Shown here in pieces: positions 12,331 to 30,063 of a stretch of 64,000 nt of DNA (the first letter of the stretch is position 1; the number at the start of each line of letters is the position of its first letter). The translations under genes were made by a program, and so were the position numbers. The stretch is from NCBI GenBank assembly GCA_023213395.1, contig CM041465.1:211055741-211119740 (forward strand), given 5' to 3'. The DNA is from Cycas panzhihuaensis. Lineage: Eukaryota; Plantae; Cycadophyta. The notes under the pieces were generated by a model that worked only from the letters and a program-made list of their open reading frames with translations, was not told the origin of the DNA and ran no database searches.

Positions 12331-15083
12331 TTTTTTCAGGCAGAAAGACTATGACATCACTCAACTCCATAGAGTATGATCAAAGAATATCCACTTCAAC
12401 TTGAAAATCAAATCAACAAAGGAAGACTTAAACCTGAATATTGTTCCAACTCTCCTCACAATCTATGAATGTTGCTGCCAAGGCAACTATCATGGTGGGC
12501 AATGCTCTCCTTCCACATTTTGTGTATACCTGTAAGCAACCAACTGACCAAAGATTGGAGTTTCCTAATAAGATTACTCTTCCAGCCGGTTTATCACACC
12601 ACTGTGTTACAACTGTAAAGAAATGACCTCCTCCTGCAACAGTAGTAATGGTGTCTTCAGTTGACAGATTCCTGCTTCAACTCTGTGTCTTGAACAGATT
12701 TAGAAAAAGAGCTTAAGGATCAGATAACAGCCTTATACACTTCAATGTCCTTCAGATCTTGATAATAATCGGCAAATGCACAGTAAGCGCTAATAACGTC
12801 CACAGTATGCAAGGCATCAACAACAAAAGTGTAGCTCTATCTTTATGAGTACAGCCTGCCAGGACTGCTAGTACTGTCCTTATTTCAGCCAGCTATCAAA
12901 ACTAGTAGGGTTGTCATGTCTTTGACCAAGATTCACAAGAACTCAACATAAGACTGACTTACAGTTTCTTATCACATGATCAAATTCTGCAGTGTTCACC
13001 CTCTTTCTTCGGCACTTCCCTTAGAAACTGGTCATACATATCATTACCAACCTGACCGAGAGTCATACTGTGAAGCCCAAGCCTAGCTGCTACAATTGCA
13101 AATCAATCTCAGATAGAGGAGAATCTGCCACATCAGTCTTGGGGATTCAATCAGAGTAGTTCTCTACCTAGTAGTGGTGGCACAGGACTTGGAAGTAATT
13201 GATGATGAGGACAAGACTATGGACGAGATTGAGGACATGAAACAGTTTCGTGTTTGTGCGATCTAAGAACATGAGACAGGTTTCAGGCAGTGAACATGCT
13301 CTGGATGCTTAATGGCATATTTTGCAACAACATAGCCTCCAAAAGAGTGACCCAGCAAAATAAACTTATCCAGGTTTTTGGCTTTACGCCGTTCTTCAAA
13401 TGAATCAATGAACCATGCTTCAGTTTCAGAGGACCGAAGATATCTTCAAGCTTCAACGGAGGCAAGGCGGCGATGTCAATACTACTGCGTGGGATCTTTC
13501 CTTCCATGATTTCTCTCTTGAATTTCTGACTGTCTGCATTCCTTCTTTCGGTTTGATGTGTGCAGTGGTTTACTAGATGTCCGTCTCAGGTCTTATGATT
13601 CTTTGTCAACGCAGATCTTGGGACCGGTGATTTATAGAAAGCACCGCCAATTATACTCCTATGTTCGCACCAATTGCATGCCGCTCAACAAAAAGAATTC
13701 ATGAGTGAATTCTTTGATCTATCAAAGGGACGACCCTTTTCTATTATGCGAATGGCTTCACAATCATTGACTGGTCTGAATTAATTCTGCTTCGATTCAA
13801 TAACTGCAGCTCAAGAACTCTTCATCTTCTTCCAATGAGCTAAAATGATAATCTAAACTTCACCCTGATCATATACAGCCTGCGAGTTTACAGTAGGGCA
13901 TCTCTTTCATCGGTAGCTTCTACTATATAACAGTAGTCTCCCTTTCTAGAGGGTTCTTCATGTGTGCAGGCTCAATGGGCAGTGACTCTCACGTTCTTCA
14001 CGCAGCCCATGGATTTGCAGTCGCTCCTTAGTCAATGGATGGCCAGGGTTTATTATTCTCCTTTATGATCTGCTGCATTTATGTCAGTCACAGTATTAAA
14101 CTTTTCCACAATCAAGACTCAATAGCAGAACACAATGGAATAGGGGAGACATAATGATGGTTTACGGCTCCAGCCTCGATCTGCATATTCCATCCTATGT
14201 CTATTGTTGTTCCAACATGACAATCAATCTCCTTTTTCCTGCTATTCTAGTGTTGTATGCTTCTCTCAGCTATGGACCTCTCCATAACAGTTGTTTCCTC
14301 ACGTACCAGTAAAGATACAAGCGACTGGGTTATTTTCACCATTACTCAGTCAAGTCCCTCATCCTTTGACAGTGCAATGCTTTTAGCTGTGTAGATCTTT
14401 GAACACCTTGACTAGACCATTACTTCTTCACGAAGTCATTGACTTCAGGTTTTATAGTTAGGGTTTTGACTGGGCAGTATTAGATAGATTCCAGAAACTA
14501 ATGATTCTTCACAATGTAGCCTCATAAGCTCAATTCAGATTTTCCTTTCAACAATAATCCTTTACAGATGGCTCTTAGTGAAGGATTTTCTCTCTGAATC
14601 TTTCTTATCATGCAGTAGTTGTGGCTGATTTCTACATGCTAATTTTACGCCAAAACTAATACTTGATAAACACTGACCACAAGCATCATAGCTAAGGTTC
14701 CCACATGCTCAAATTTCACCAACAGAATTTTCTTAACTATTTCCACAATAGATTTCAACACAAACATAAGTATAAGCCCTTCACTATCACCATACAACCA
14801 TAATATAGTAGCCAACCAGTCACAAATCTATGGCATAAGGTTTCCTGCACAAAGAAAAAGAACAATATTACCTGGTAAATTCTGTCTTACATCAATACTT
14901 GGCACTTTAGGGCTTCATCCTCTTCAAGCTAAGTCACAAACTGGTAATGAGCTCTACGGAGCCACCTCCTTGTTTGAATGCTCTATGTTCCATTGGGCTT
15001 CTCCTTTCTCTCAATCTCCTTTCCAACTTGAATCCTCAATCTGGTAGCTGACCTAACACTTCAATGTCCTCAACACACAACCT

Positions 15084-15095
15084 GCTCTGATACCA
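15084..15095 (-). promoter_or_regulatory. Primer-binding site TGGTATCAGAGC (tRNA-iMet)
   Basis: gctctgatacca directly abutting the 5' LTR. Confidence 0.95.
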
Positions 15096-15475
15096 TGTTA
15101 AGCTTTTAACATGGAGAACACTCATCAACAGTAAGATCAATAATATCAATAGAGATTAACACAATATAATCAGAATATATTACCATATCAAAAGCACCAA
15201 AGACTCAATATGAGCCTTGATGATGTGATGTCTTTACATACTACCTCAACCACCTTATATACAAAAGAGGTGGGAGACTATACATTCCAAGTAATGCATG
15301 TGGGACAAATACCTTTGTCCTCACCTATAACATTACACCACAAACTTTGACCAATAAGCTTCTATCTTTTTACATAGTATTATAATGACCCTTTAACCCT
15401 AAGACTTAGGACTATGACTAATAATCCAAGGATCCACTTTTACTTAACCATACACATTAAACATTATTTCTAACA
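15096..15475 (-). repeat. 5' LTR (380 bp)
   Basis: Direct repeat of 10529-10908. Confidence 0.95.
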
Positions 15476-16926
15476 CTTACATCATTCCTTTGCACATTAG
15501 TTTACCCTTTAGGAAAGAGCATCCATTATGAGATATCCCCTCCCCTCTTTTCGTTTAATTGCATTGCTATGCACTTTGTATGATATCTTGGTTTATCTCT
15601 TTTCTTCTTCCTTCCCTTGCTTAAAACGAAATGAGAGTGAGGATTTATCTTTGAGAGAAAATGTATATTTATTGTTCTTTACACATACATGCTCTACTTA
15701 CCTCTCATTTGTATACATATACAACTAGTCTTTGCCCCATTGTTGCATATAGAGGTTAGACTCCCTCACACGTAGAGTGGTGGTAACTCCTTCCACCACC
15801 ACTCTTTGTCCATCCAACATCCCTTTTAGGTGGGTTAGTTCTTAGAGGACTCGTCCCCTAAGACCTCCCCCTTTTTACCTCATCATACTTACACACATCT
15901 CATCTACATCCCTTAGTTTTTTCCATGAGGACCTGCTTCCTCGTTGGGTCTTGCCTTCTCCTTCTAGCCATCCAAGGGCAGGAAGACCCCTGTTTTAAGG
16001 TTACTTGAATAACCAAAGATATCCCTCACTTACGCTACCCTTCAAAGTCAAAGGTTAAGTTACTTAGAGGAAGTTGTGCACCATTCGTGGGTCCCGAACC
16101 TACGTTCTGACACATGGACGCCCTGTGTGGGCGCTTCCTTGCACTTGTTGGATTGATCCCTTCATTCTAGAGCCTTCCGTCAATAGTCCTAATCCTAACT
16201 AGGTGTAGTTACCATCCCCATAGACGCGATTCCACTGTGTAACAAAGGAGTTTCTTATAAAGGGTTAGTCCCTCTAGACTAGAGTCACCCTCAACCTTCT
16301 TAGCTAAAATTCACTTGAGTTAGCTAACTAAGACTAGCACTTACTATCATAACTTAAATTATGAAAGCTCAAACAAAGTATCATATACACATCAAAATAT
16401 TTTTACCCAATAGATGCAACAAGTCTGAGTAGATATGGATGTTCCACAAATGAATCTAATTTATTTTCAACAATGTTATTAATGAGTACATACAATAAGT
16501 TATTATAATTCGAACACTAGAAGAATAACTTGCAAGTAATATCTTCAGGGGGAAAATAATTGGATTATTTAAATAGATTCATCACCCAACCATTCAAAAT
16601 CCTAAAAAAGTCACCCCCAAGGAGGAGTGCATGATATGAATGATGGAGTACTAGTAATTCTTTTACCACATAATCCTAATTTCTCCTTAGTGACTTAGTT
16701 ACTATATTATAAATAGATGTTGCTATAATATTTAAGTCTTCCACATAACCCTTCACCTTCTAAACCTCTAATATTTCATTAAAAGCTTCTTTAATTTATA
16801 TTTCCTACATAATACTTGTCTTTCAAGACTTAAATAGAAAATTTCATATTATGTATGGTTCACCACTAATTCAATCTCCATGGACTATCTCACAGTAATC
16901 TCCCACAAGTCATATACCATACACAC

Positions 16927-17181
16927 AAAGGAAAATGAATCATTATCAATCCTACTTCCATAAACATACTTAAAGGAAAGGTGAATCACTCAACTCTACT
17001 TCCTTGTACATATTCGAAGAAAGGGATATTACTCAACCCTCCTTCCTTTCACACATATAAAGAAAAGGAGAACCACTCAACCCTACTTCCTTTCACACAT
17101 ATGGAGGAAAATAGATTCACTGAACCCTATTTCCTTTAACTTATACAAAGGAAAGGGGAATCACTCAACCCTATTTCCTTT
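16927..17181. repeat. Tandem minisatellite, ~44 bp x 6, each unit internally palindromic
   Basis: Units start at ~16927, 16972, 17016, 17059, 17103 and 17147. Consensus approximately AAAGGAAAGGGGAATCACTCAACCCTACTTCCTTTCACACATAT. Confidence 0.85.
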
Positions 17182-17666
17182 TATAAAATGACATTTTATC
17201 ACTATTAAATCAATTAAGGGAGATAAAAACTATAATTTACATATGCATTCATGACTCATACTATTCAAGCCTCTTACATAGGTTGATGGTGGTCAACTAA
17301 GAGATACAATCTATAATGGATAGTCTCTTTTAGAGTTGTAGTTTCAAGGTATAAATTCACATGCAAGTAATCCATTAACCCTCTTCAAATAACTATGTAA
17401 CACTAATTCCAATCTTCTCAAAGCTCTCTTACTAATTTCTTGTTGAAACTAATATTTACTACAGATAATTTTTCTCAAAATAGAGTAGATGTTTTCTACA
17501 ACTGAATCCTATTTTTTTTCTTATTTAATCGTAGATGAGTAATGAAAGTAATGCTAATGGATTCAAACATAATCCTTTCATTAACCCAGTAGGACTCTAA
17601 CTTAGAGCTCAAGTCTGACCTCTTTAAATGTTAACTTGTTGCTTACTAGATTTTCTGCATAGTTTT

Positions 17667-19860
17667 TATTTCGTAACTTTTAGGAATAGGCTTGGATACG
17701 TAAACAAAAAGGTAAGTGTAGGTATGTCCCTTAATTCTTGTCACTCTTTATTAGTTTATATTTAGTTTATATGGTTGTTATATACTTGATTGCTTGCTTG
17801 CTTATTTATCCATCCCCCCTTTTATGCCGATGACAAGTAGGACCTTGGTCTATGGTTATTTAGTCCACCCATTAGATTTCCTAAGCTAGAAACAATGCTT
17901 CCCTTGTGCTTGCAACTTCATTTACATCTTATTTTTTTACTCATTTTTATCTTTTTCAGTCATTTTCTTTGTTTTCTCGCTGATTTTTAATTATTATTAC
18001 CCCTAGTGCTTGCCATTTGTGAGTTAGATGCTAGATTGCATGCTTATTTGACGAAAAATTCTAAACAGTTGTATACCACTTTATTTTTTGCTTGCAACAA
18101 TGGTATTGCAAAGTACTTCATGGTACCACAAACATATTCACGATATGATTGTCACTGACCTAGATTCAGGATTTATGGTGACAATCAACTTATAAATGCT
18201 CGGATGTAAGTCTTGGGTAGGTTGTAATAACCTTGGGTTAGTCCTTGTCAGATTTGGAGGCCCAATAGGCCCCAAATCCTCCCAAATCTTGAGCTTCCCA
18301 AAGCTAAATCTCTTAAACTATGAGTAAACTCATGGATTTGGTTGATGGTTTTCCCCACATTATAGGAAGAAAACCACCAACCCCCTACCCTCATTTCATC
18401 TATAAAATCCCCTCCTTTTTACAAAGGGAGGAAGGAGAGCGGGGAGGGGAGACCTTTATAATTGAGAAACCCTACTATTATGCTACTAAATTTTTGCTAG
18501 AATTCTAGCAACTTAACTCAAGCCACTAGATTCTACTTAGACATTGCGAGCATATGCCTAAAGAAACTTGAGAGCCCTTATAGGAGAACCAATTGGCATT
18601 GGCCAATTCATAAGGCATTAGGTAATCCACTCCACATTGCTTGGTTACACTTTCTTTCTCTTTTGTTTAGCATAATTATTCCATGATTGTATGATCTTAT
18701 GGTAGGAGTAGCTAGAGGATTTCCTTTGGTTTCATTATTACTTTCACCCATTGGGTAGTGTTTCCTCATTGCTCCATTTTTCTTATTTCTTTATTGATTG
18801 ATTTTAGAAGTTGCAAAGTTTGGGGAGGTTTACTATTATTAGGAGGGTAAGCTTCATACTTCATTTTATTTCATTTTTCTTCAAGTTTCATGCTTTTTTT
18901 TGTTACTCTTTTTTTATCATAAAGACTTCCAGTAAGTAGAAATGCTACCAAATTTTATTTAGAAGTGGTAAGTAGTATCTCCATTTTCCCCACATCGTAT
19001 CAATAGCATCACAAATTGCTAGAAGGGGACACTCACTACTTTGACCTACTTTTAACCAAGTATGCCTTACTCTTTGTTTTTTTTTTTATTTCTTGTTGTG
19101 GTTCAAAAAAAAAAAAAAAAAAGAAAGAAAGAAGAAAGGAAGGCATAAAAGGTTCTCCATTCTCTTATTGCTTTTCTTCTCTCTTTTCCTAAAATAACAA
19201 AAAAGAAATGGAAAAAAAGAAAGAGATTAAAAATACAAAAACAAAAACAAAAAGGAATGAGTTATTTTAGTTTGTCTACTATCTCTCCTCCCCCACTCAT
19301 TTTTGTTTTTCTTAAAAAAAAAGAGAAAAAAGCAAAAAAAAAAAAAAAAGAGAGAGAGATTTGAATACACTCTATTCTTCTCCCCCCCAAAAAAGAAGAG
19401 AATAGTTACATTTCTTTTTCTTTAAGTATACATGCATTGTATTTTTTAGGTAGGGAGCTAGACCAATTATTTGTCTATTTTATTACGAGCCCAATACATG
19501 AGGAAGGACCATGTTGTCATGAGTCCCAAATCTACAAGAGAAAATCAAAAACTTTACTTAGGGTAAACTAGGTACATGCATTGAAATTGAAGAGCATTTA
19601 TGAGTATGTCGAGTCCCTCAATTTGCCATAGGCCAATTTGGAACCAAATTGCATACTTACTTTATGCATATGCACACATCCAATGCCCTTAGTTTAACTT
19701 CCATCTCCTAGGTTGCTTTTAGATTTCCCTTAGAATTGTGCTTATGTAATGCATGGATGCCCAACATTGTCATCATAAAATCCGTTCACACTCGTATAGG
19801 TCCCACACCCTAGGCCTTTTATCACTTACAAAGTGTGGCCATCCTAAGACACCTACCATT
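17667..19860 (+). mobile_element. Older, diverged LTR-like copy related to the 8348 solo LTR
   Basis: Shares the start motif (ggaat.gg...ggtaagtg.aggtatg) and internal ggtaccac motifs, and has a TATA-like ctataaa at ~18400. The right boundary is approximate. Confidence 0.5.
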
Positions 19861-22800
19861 TAGAATATTTCAATTTTCAACACCTAAAATCAACATTTTC
19901 TTCCTATTCTTTCTCACCAATGTTTAGAGATGATTATCACAATGAAGATCCTCCACCCCAAAAGTAAGTATCCTATAATTGATGTCACTAAGGTAGAGTG
20001 AAAATAACTGTGTAATGTCACTATAATATTAATCATAGTTATGGTAGTTGATGAAACTATTAACCACCTTTATATCCAACTAACTAAAATATCTTTGTAG
20101 TGGACCCCATAATGGCCCCCTCCTATCCATGTATATAGGTGCTTTTAATATGATTTCAACAAGCCTTATTTAAACCAATTCTATTAATAAATAAGAAAGT
20201 TATAAGTGAAATAGTGAAAGTCTATTAACTTGCATTTCTCACTACCAATCTATAATTTTGACACTTTGATCTTATGGGCCAACCTTACATGATGTATAAT
20301 AAAATCTATCTTTATAAGAATAACCATCCATAAATCAAAATTCCAACATAAGGGAATAATCAAAATTCTACTTTAAATGAGTGAGTTATGGGAGAAAAAT
20401 GTGGGAAGATATACACTCACTAACTTACTTATAAACTCTCCAGTTGCGATTTATACTAGATACAACCATGTTTCTCAAGGTATGATGGTCACTATATTAT
20501 TGTGTCTTTCCACTCAATGCTTATGTGTTTCTTTTATATTTCACTTCCTTATGCTCATGGCCTTCCATCTTCTTCTATAAATATTTTTTTGTGCTTTAAT
20601 AAGGCACGAGTTACATATTAAAGGCTCACATTTCCTAGCTTGTATTTGTACTTTCCTTTATGTATCTTAGATATTTTCCATATGTCACACTAATACGGTA
20701 GTGGTCATTAACTTATCACTAGGATTTTCTTATACTTGTGAGCTTTAAACCATTCTCATGATAACCTTCTTTCAACCTTGCGAGATGTGAATTACAAGTT
20801 GAGGGCTACAAGCTTGCATTTGTACTTTCCTCCATGTTATAACTACCTTCCTCCTAACAACTTACAAGTTTCAAGGTGCAATATTTCTCACATCCTTTAG
20901 CTTCATTCCAACTTGTGATTTCTTACAATCACCTTCTTGTGCAATATTTCCTTTCAAAAACTATGAGTTTGTGAAATGTAAGAACCTTCTATCTTATACT
21001 TGCAACTTCTATTTAGTCTAGTACTTACTTTTTAGCCCTCAATTATGAGATGTGAGTTGTGAAAATTTTAACTTGTAAATTCCAACTCTAAACTTCTCTA
21101 AAGTTTTAACAATTTGATACATATGTACACAATGCAACTCCTCCATCAATTTAATAGCATATTAATAACACTCCAATGAAGTCATAAAAGTTCTAAAATT
21201 TCCCTTGACCACATCCTTATAAATATTTCCCATCTATTCTTCCCTTATTCATATCATGCGCTTTCTCATATAATACTATCATGTCTGAGCAATTTGGTTC
21301 CCTTTCTATAATGAAGGAAGCATCAAAGTAATTTACAAGGTTACAAGTATCAAAATGTATTTACATATAAATACAAAGGCTTTGGCCTTGGATATAATCC
21401 TAAATAAACTAATAACAATGATGGTGTATCCTTACACCTGATGGAGTATGAAATAAACATCCACCTTATAATGGGATGTTCTATGTTAGTTATCATAAAA
21501 TAAATACATCTTCAATTCATTACAAGGGCATTTTCAAGTGTGTTGAATTTGGGCCCTTATATTTCTACATATATGCTATTATTGGGGTTTCTTAAGCTAC
21601 ATGAAAATTGATAAAAGATAAAGGTGTTTATGTAAGTAAATAGTGTATATTTGTAGTGTATGAAATAAGCTAATCAAGTATATATATTCCAATTTTCACT
21701 ATGGATGAAAAGGTTCAACACACAGAATGGTTAGATATCATTAAAACAGCCTATGAACTCATGCCTTGTACCTTGAAAGAAGATTTTGGGTTAGCACTTT
21801 AGAGGGAAAACTCTTGATTAATATACTAATTAGCATATGATGTCATGTACCTAATGTTTATAAGTATGAAATAATAATTATTTGAATTAGTAAGTGAAGC
21901 ATGAAAGTCATGTCTCTTAGCAAGATGGCTATTAGGCCAATATATTTATTTTATACTAGAACATATCATCATATTATCTTTCTCTTGCAATACAATCAAG
22001 ACTATTATAGTCTTTGTCAGTAGGTAGCTTCCATAAGCTTTCTCTCTATATGAGTCCTATATCAAGTGGTATTAAAGTAGTATTTTAGAACCTATAGTAG
22101 TATAATTCAAATTGCTAAGAATATCTCAAAAATAAGATACCCTAACTCTAAGTATAGGTTTGCCAAGTTCTTGATTGCATTTTTATTTTCCATCATTATA
22201 TTTTTATTTTCTATCATTATTGCCTTTCTATTTTTTTTTTTAATTTCATCTTTTTATGTCTTCTTGTATCTCTTGTATCTTCCTTTGGTTACATCCTCTA
22301 TATATCTACTTGCTTTTGCCTTGTGTTTAATGTTGGTGTTCTCCATAACTCCCTTTCTATGTTCCCCAATCGATCATATCTCTATGATCTTGTATTCTCC
22401 CACGATTGCATCTTTCTCTCCTATCTTGTGACTACCTCATTTATCACCCTACATCCCTCATCTTACATCTTATGCCTCCCTTATCTATTGCCATCCCCTT
22501 TGTCCTCCTTGCCATTATCACTACTCATGTTACTATAGGCCTTTTTATGATCTCATTTCATCCTATGATTGTGTCCTCATATGTCTCATAATTGTCTCAT
22601 CCATTGCCTACATCACTCAGCTCACATCTCCCTCATCTATTACTAATCTCATTTATCCTCCCTACTATCACTACTATCCATGTCATTGAAAACCTTCAAA
22701 TTTCCTTCATTAACTTCTAATTTATGATCTTTACTATCTTCCACTTCCTTTCCCAATCCATTTTCTCTCTTGATTTACCTTTACCTAGCGATCCAGATTA

Positions 22801-23521
22801 GGCCAACACCATTAGAATGCTCTCTCATTTAAAAAAATTACACACACACACACATATTTTCTTAAAATTTAAAAGCCTATTAAGATAAAGTTTTAAATAA
22901 TTTAGATTAAAATATTCTCTATTTCAATATAGAATATTCCTTTTTACATTTAAAAGGGTGTTAATTTCCTTTAATAAAAAGGAGGTCCAAAAGGTTGGGG
23001 GGGTGGGGGAGGTGGTGGAGGATTAAGATATTATTATCCCCAAGAACCATAGTTTATAGATTTATTAATTTTATGAAGTTAAAACATGGATGTTACAAGT
23101 GAAATTTTAATGGATGAGAATATGGGAAAATTCTAAAAACACATTGTAAATCCAATCACCTAAGATCTTAATATGGTAGTACAAGTATCAAAACACCTCT
23201 TACATCACACACGACAAGAAATGCTCAAAATTTTGATATTAATGGTAGATGATCACAAAGGGAAAGGCATAGTGTAGGATTTTAGGGAAGAAGAAGGCCA
23301 TTAACCTCATGAGAAGAACTAATGAAATAGGGGTGATCATACATTAAAGATAATGTAGTATTAAGATAATCTAGTAAATAAGTCAACATAAAAATACTTG
23401 AATAATTATAGAAGCTTGATGCCAAAAGAATAGGAAATGATTAGATTCTAAGTTTATTTCAATTACTTATAATCTTACAAATACAAAAAATAGAATTGAA
23501 GAAAGTGGTTATATAACATTT

Positions 23522-27816
<4,295 letters not shown>

Positions 27817-28871
27817 CATTTCAACATAGAGCATAAGATCCAAAAGCCCTAAATATGGGTCCAACAAATGGTTTAGTTTTTGAAGTATAACTAACTACCC
27901 TACACTTGGATGGTATTACATGTGAATGGTGGAACAGTCTAGAGTGAACTAAATACCATGTCTAATTACCATCATAGGATGAATTTGTAGAACTATTTAT
28001 TGAAAAATTTGAAATAAATTATGAACATTTAAAAATTAAGACATATGAGATCATTGGAAGAATATAACCAGGCATTCATATAATTAGCATATATGGTTGA
28101 ATATATTCCCATCAACAAGTTGATCTAGTCATATATTGATGTCCTAATAATAGAGATATAGGCAAATTTCAAGCCAACATGGTATGTGAATCTTAACAAG
28201 GCAATGCAATTAACATGAATATATAAGGATAAAGTGAAGAAGGCAACATATGTTCTCCAATTTATCTAAATGAATTTGCAACCTATGAGATTAATTAAAC
28301 AATGTAGGCCTCTATTACAAAGGTCTAAAGTGGAACATGCCAAGCTAAAAAGGAAGCATTGTTGTTTCACATGTGTAGACAAGTATGGCCTAAGATACAA
28401 ATACACTAAAAATTGACTATATACTATTGAGTTGATACCAATCAATCAAGAGGAAATGGAGGGGGGTGGAGATATAGAAATTATATAAGAGAACTCACAC
28501 AATTTTGAAGGCAACACCCCTTGAATATCATTCTCAATAATGATAGTCCTGCCTCGACTTGATGCCTTAAAGCTATGTGGCTTCATTAAGAAGCAACCAA
28601 CTATTATTTTAATGGACTCAAGAAGCACCCATAACTTTATTGACAAATGTATGACTCAACACCTCAAAATCTTTATTTAATTATCCCTTGATTTTATATT
28701 AGAGTTAGATGTAGACATATTATATCAAGATAGGGCATGCTGGAGAATCTCAAACTCAAGGTTGATGATGTTGTGATCATTGAAATTTTTATGTCATGGA
28801 TGTCAAGAGAGGAGATGACACCTTAGGAAGTTAATATTTAAAAACAATTAGAGCCTTTGAAATGAGTCTAA

Positions 28872-30063
28872 AAGAATTATTTATGAAATATAATTAGGAA
28901 GGAAAAGTCATAACCCTCCAAGGATAAAGGCCAAGAAAACTCATGTCATATCCTACTAGCATATGAAGAAGCTAATATGGAAGGGTCATCCATGCATGGC
29001 AGCCCAACTATTCTTATTCCAAGCAAAAATGGGCACAACATTAAGGATGACCAATTATGAGAAATTCTTCAAAAGCATGAAGAGGTCTTCTAAGAACTTC
29101 CATTAGAACTACCTCTTGACATAATATTAGAACACCATATTAAACTTGAAGCTAGAACCAATCATGTTATCATAAGACCATATATGCAATCATATTACCA
29201 TAGGAACATGATGGAAAAGATTACATAGGAGCTATTAGAATTGGAAATATAGTGTCCAACAAGAGCTCTTTTACCCCAACCATGGTGTTGGTCAGAAAGA
29301 ATGATAGGTCCCTTTATATATACATATATTGTTGTGTTTTAAATAAAATCACAACAAAAATTAAGTTACCGATACTGGGGATTGATGAAATATTATATAA
29401 ACTATATCAAGAGTCTCTATGAATGAGGGAGATTTCACAAACAAGAGAGATGTCATAAGCGATCTAGAGGAAGAATTATTTATGAAATATAATTATGAAG
29501 GTAGAGTCACCATCCCCCAAGGACAGAGGTTGGGAAAAACTTAGGTCATATCCTACCAGTGCTTGGAGAAGTAGTATGGAAGGGTCATCCAGGCATAGTA
29601 TCCCAATCATTCATATTCCAAGTAGAGATGGGCCTACAACTAATAATGACCAACTACAAGAAACTCTTCAAAAGTATGAAGATGTCTTTTGAGAACTTCC
29701 CTTAGAGTAACCTCTTAATAGAGGATTGGAACATCATATTCAACTTGAAGCTATAACCAATCCTATTGTCATAAGAGCATACAAGCAATCACATCAATAT
29801 AGGAATGACATGGAAGGCATTATGCATGATCTATTAGAATTGGGAGATATGGTCCCCAATAAAAGCTCATTTGCCACTATCATAGTGTTAGTTAGAATAA
29901 ATGATTGGTCCTTTTGTATATGTGTAGATCATCATGTTTTAAATAAAGTCATAATAAAAAATAAGTTCTCGATACCAAGGATTAATAAAATGTTATATGA
30001 ATTACATTTGAAAGAGGGAGATTACACCAATAAAAGAGACAACGTATGTGGTGTAGAGGAAGA
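28872..30063 (+). repeat. ~600-bp tandem duplication within Gypsy pol
   Basis: aagaattatttatgaaatataatta at ~28872 and ~29471, with colinear similarity through to ...gtagaggaaga. Confidence 0.85.

Larger units (their letters stand above)
10529..15475 (-). mobile_element. Complete non-autonomous Copia-derived LTR element (TR-GAG/LARD-like), 4947 bp
   Basis: Two 380-bp LTRs with TG...CA ends, perfect TSD CTTAC (10524-10528, 15476-15480), PBS for tRNA-iMet and a PPT. Gag N-terminus present; no intact RT or integrase. Confidence 0.95.
8348..16234 (+). mobile_element. Long solo LTR (~2935 bp once the nested element is removed), probably Gypsy-type
   Basis: Starts TG at 8348 after CTGTG (8343-8347) and ends CA at 16234 before CTGTG (16235-16239). 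TATA-like ggtataaag at ~9061 and telo-box-like aaccctaat at ~9031. Its 3' part is homologous to the reverse complement of 62463-63500. Confidence 0.8.

Noticed and set aside
16927-17181. CRISPR-like array of palindromic repeats
   Set aside because: Units are contiguous, diverged tandem copies with no unique spacers. The context is eukaryotic and there are no cas genes.
21370-21900. Possible transposase or G-patch-like fragment (KGFGLGYNP)
   Set aside because: Too degenerate; no second supporting motif in a consistent frame.
22171-22800. Hydrophobic membrane-protein-like ORFs
   Set aside because: Products of CT-rich low-complexity sequence with no family motifs.
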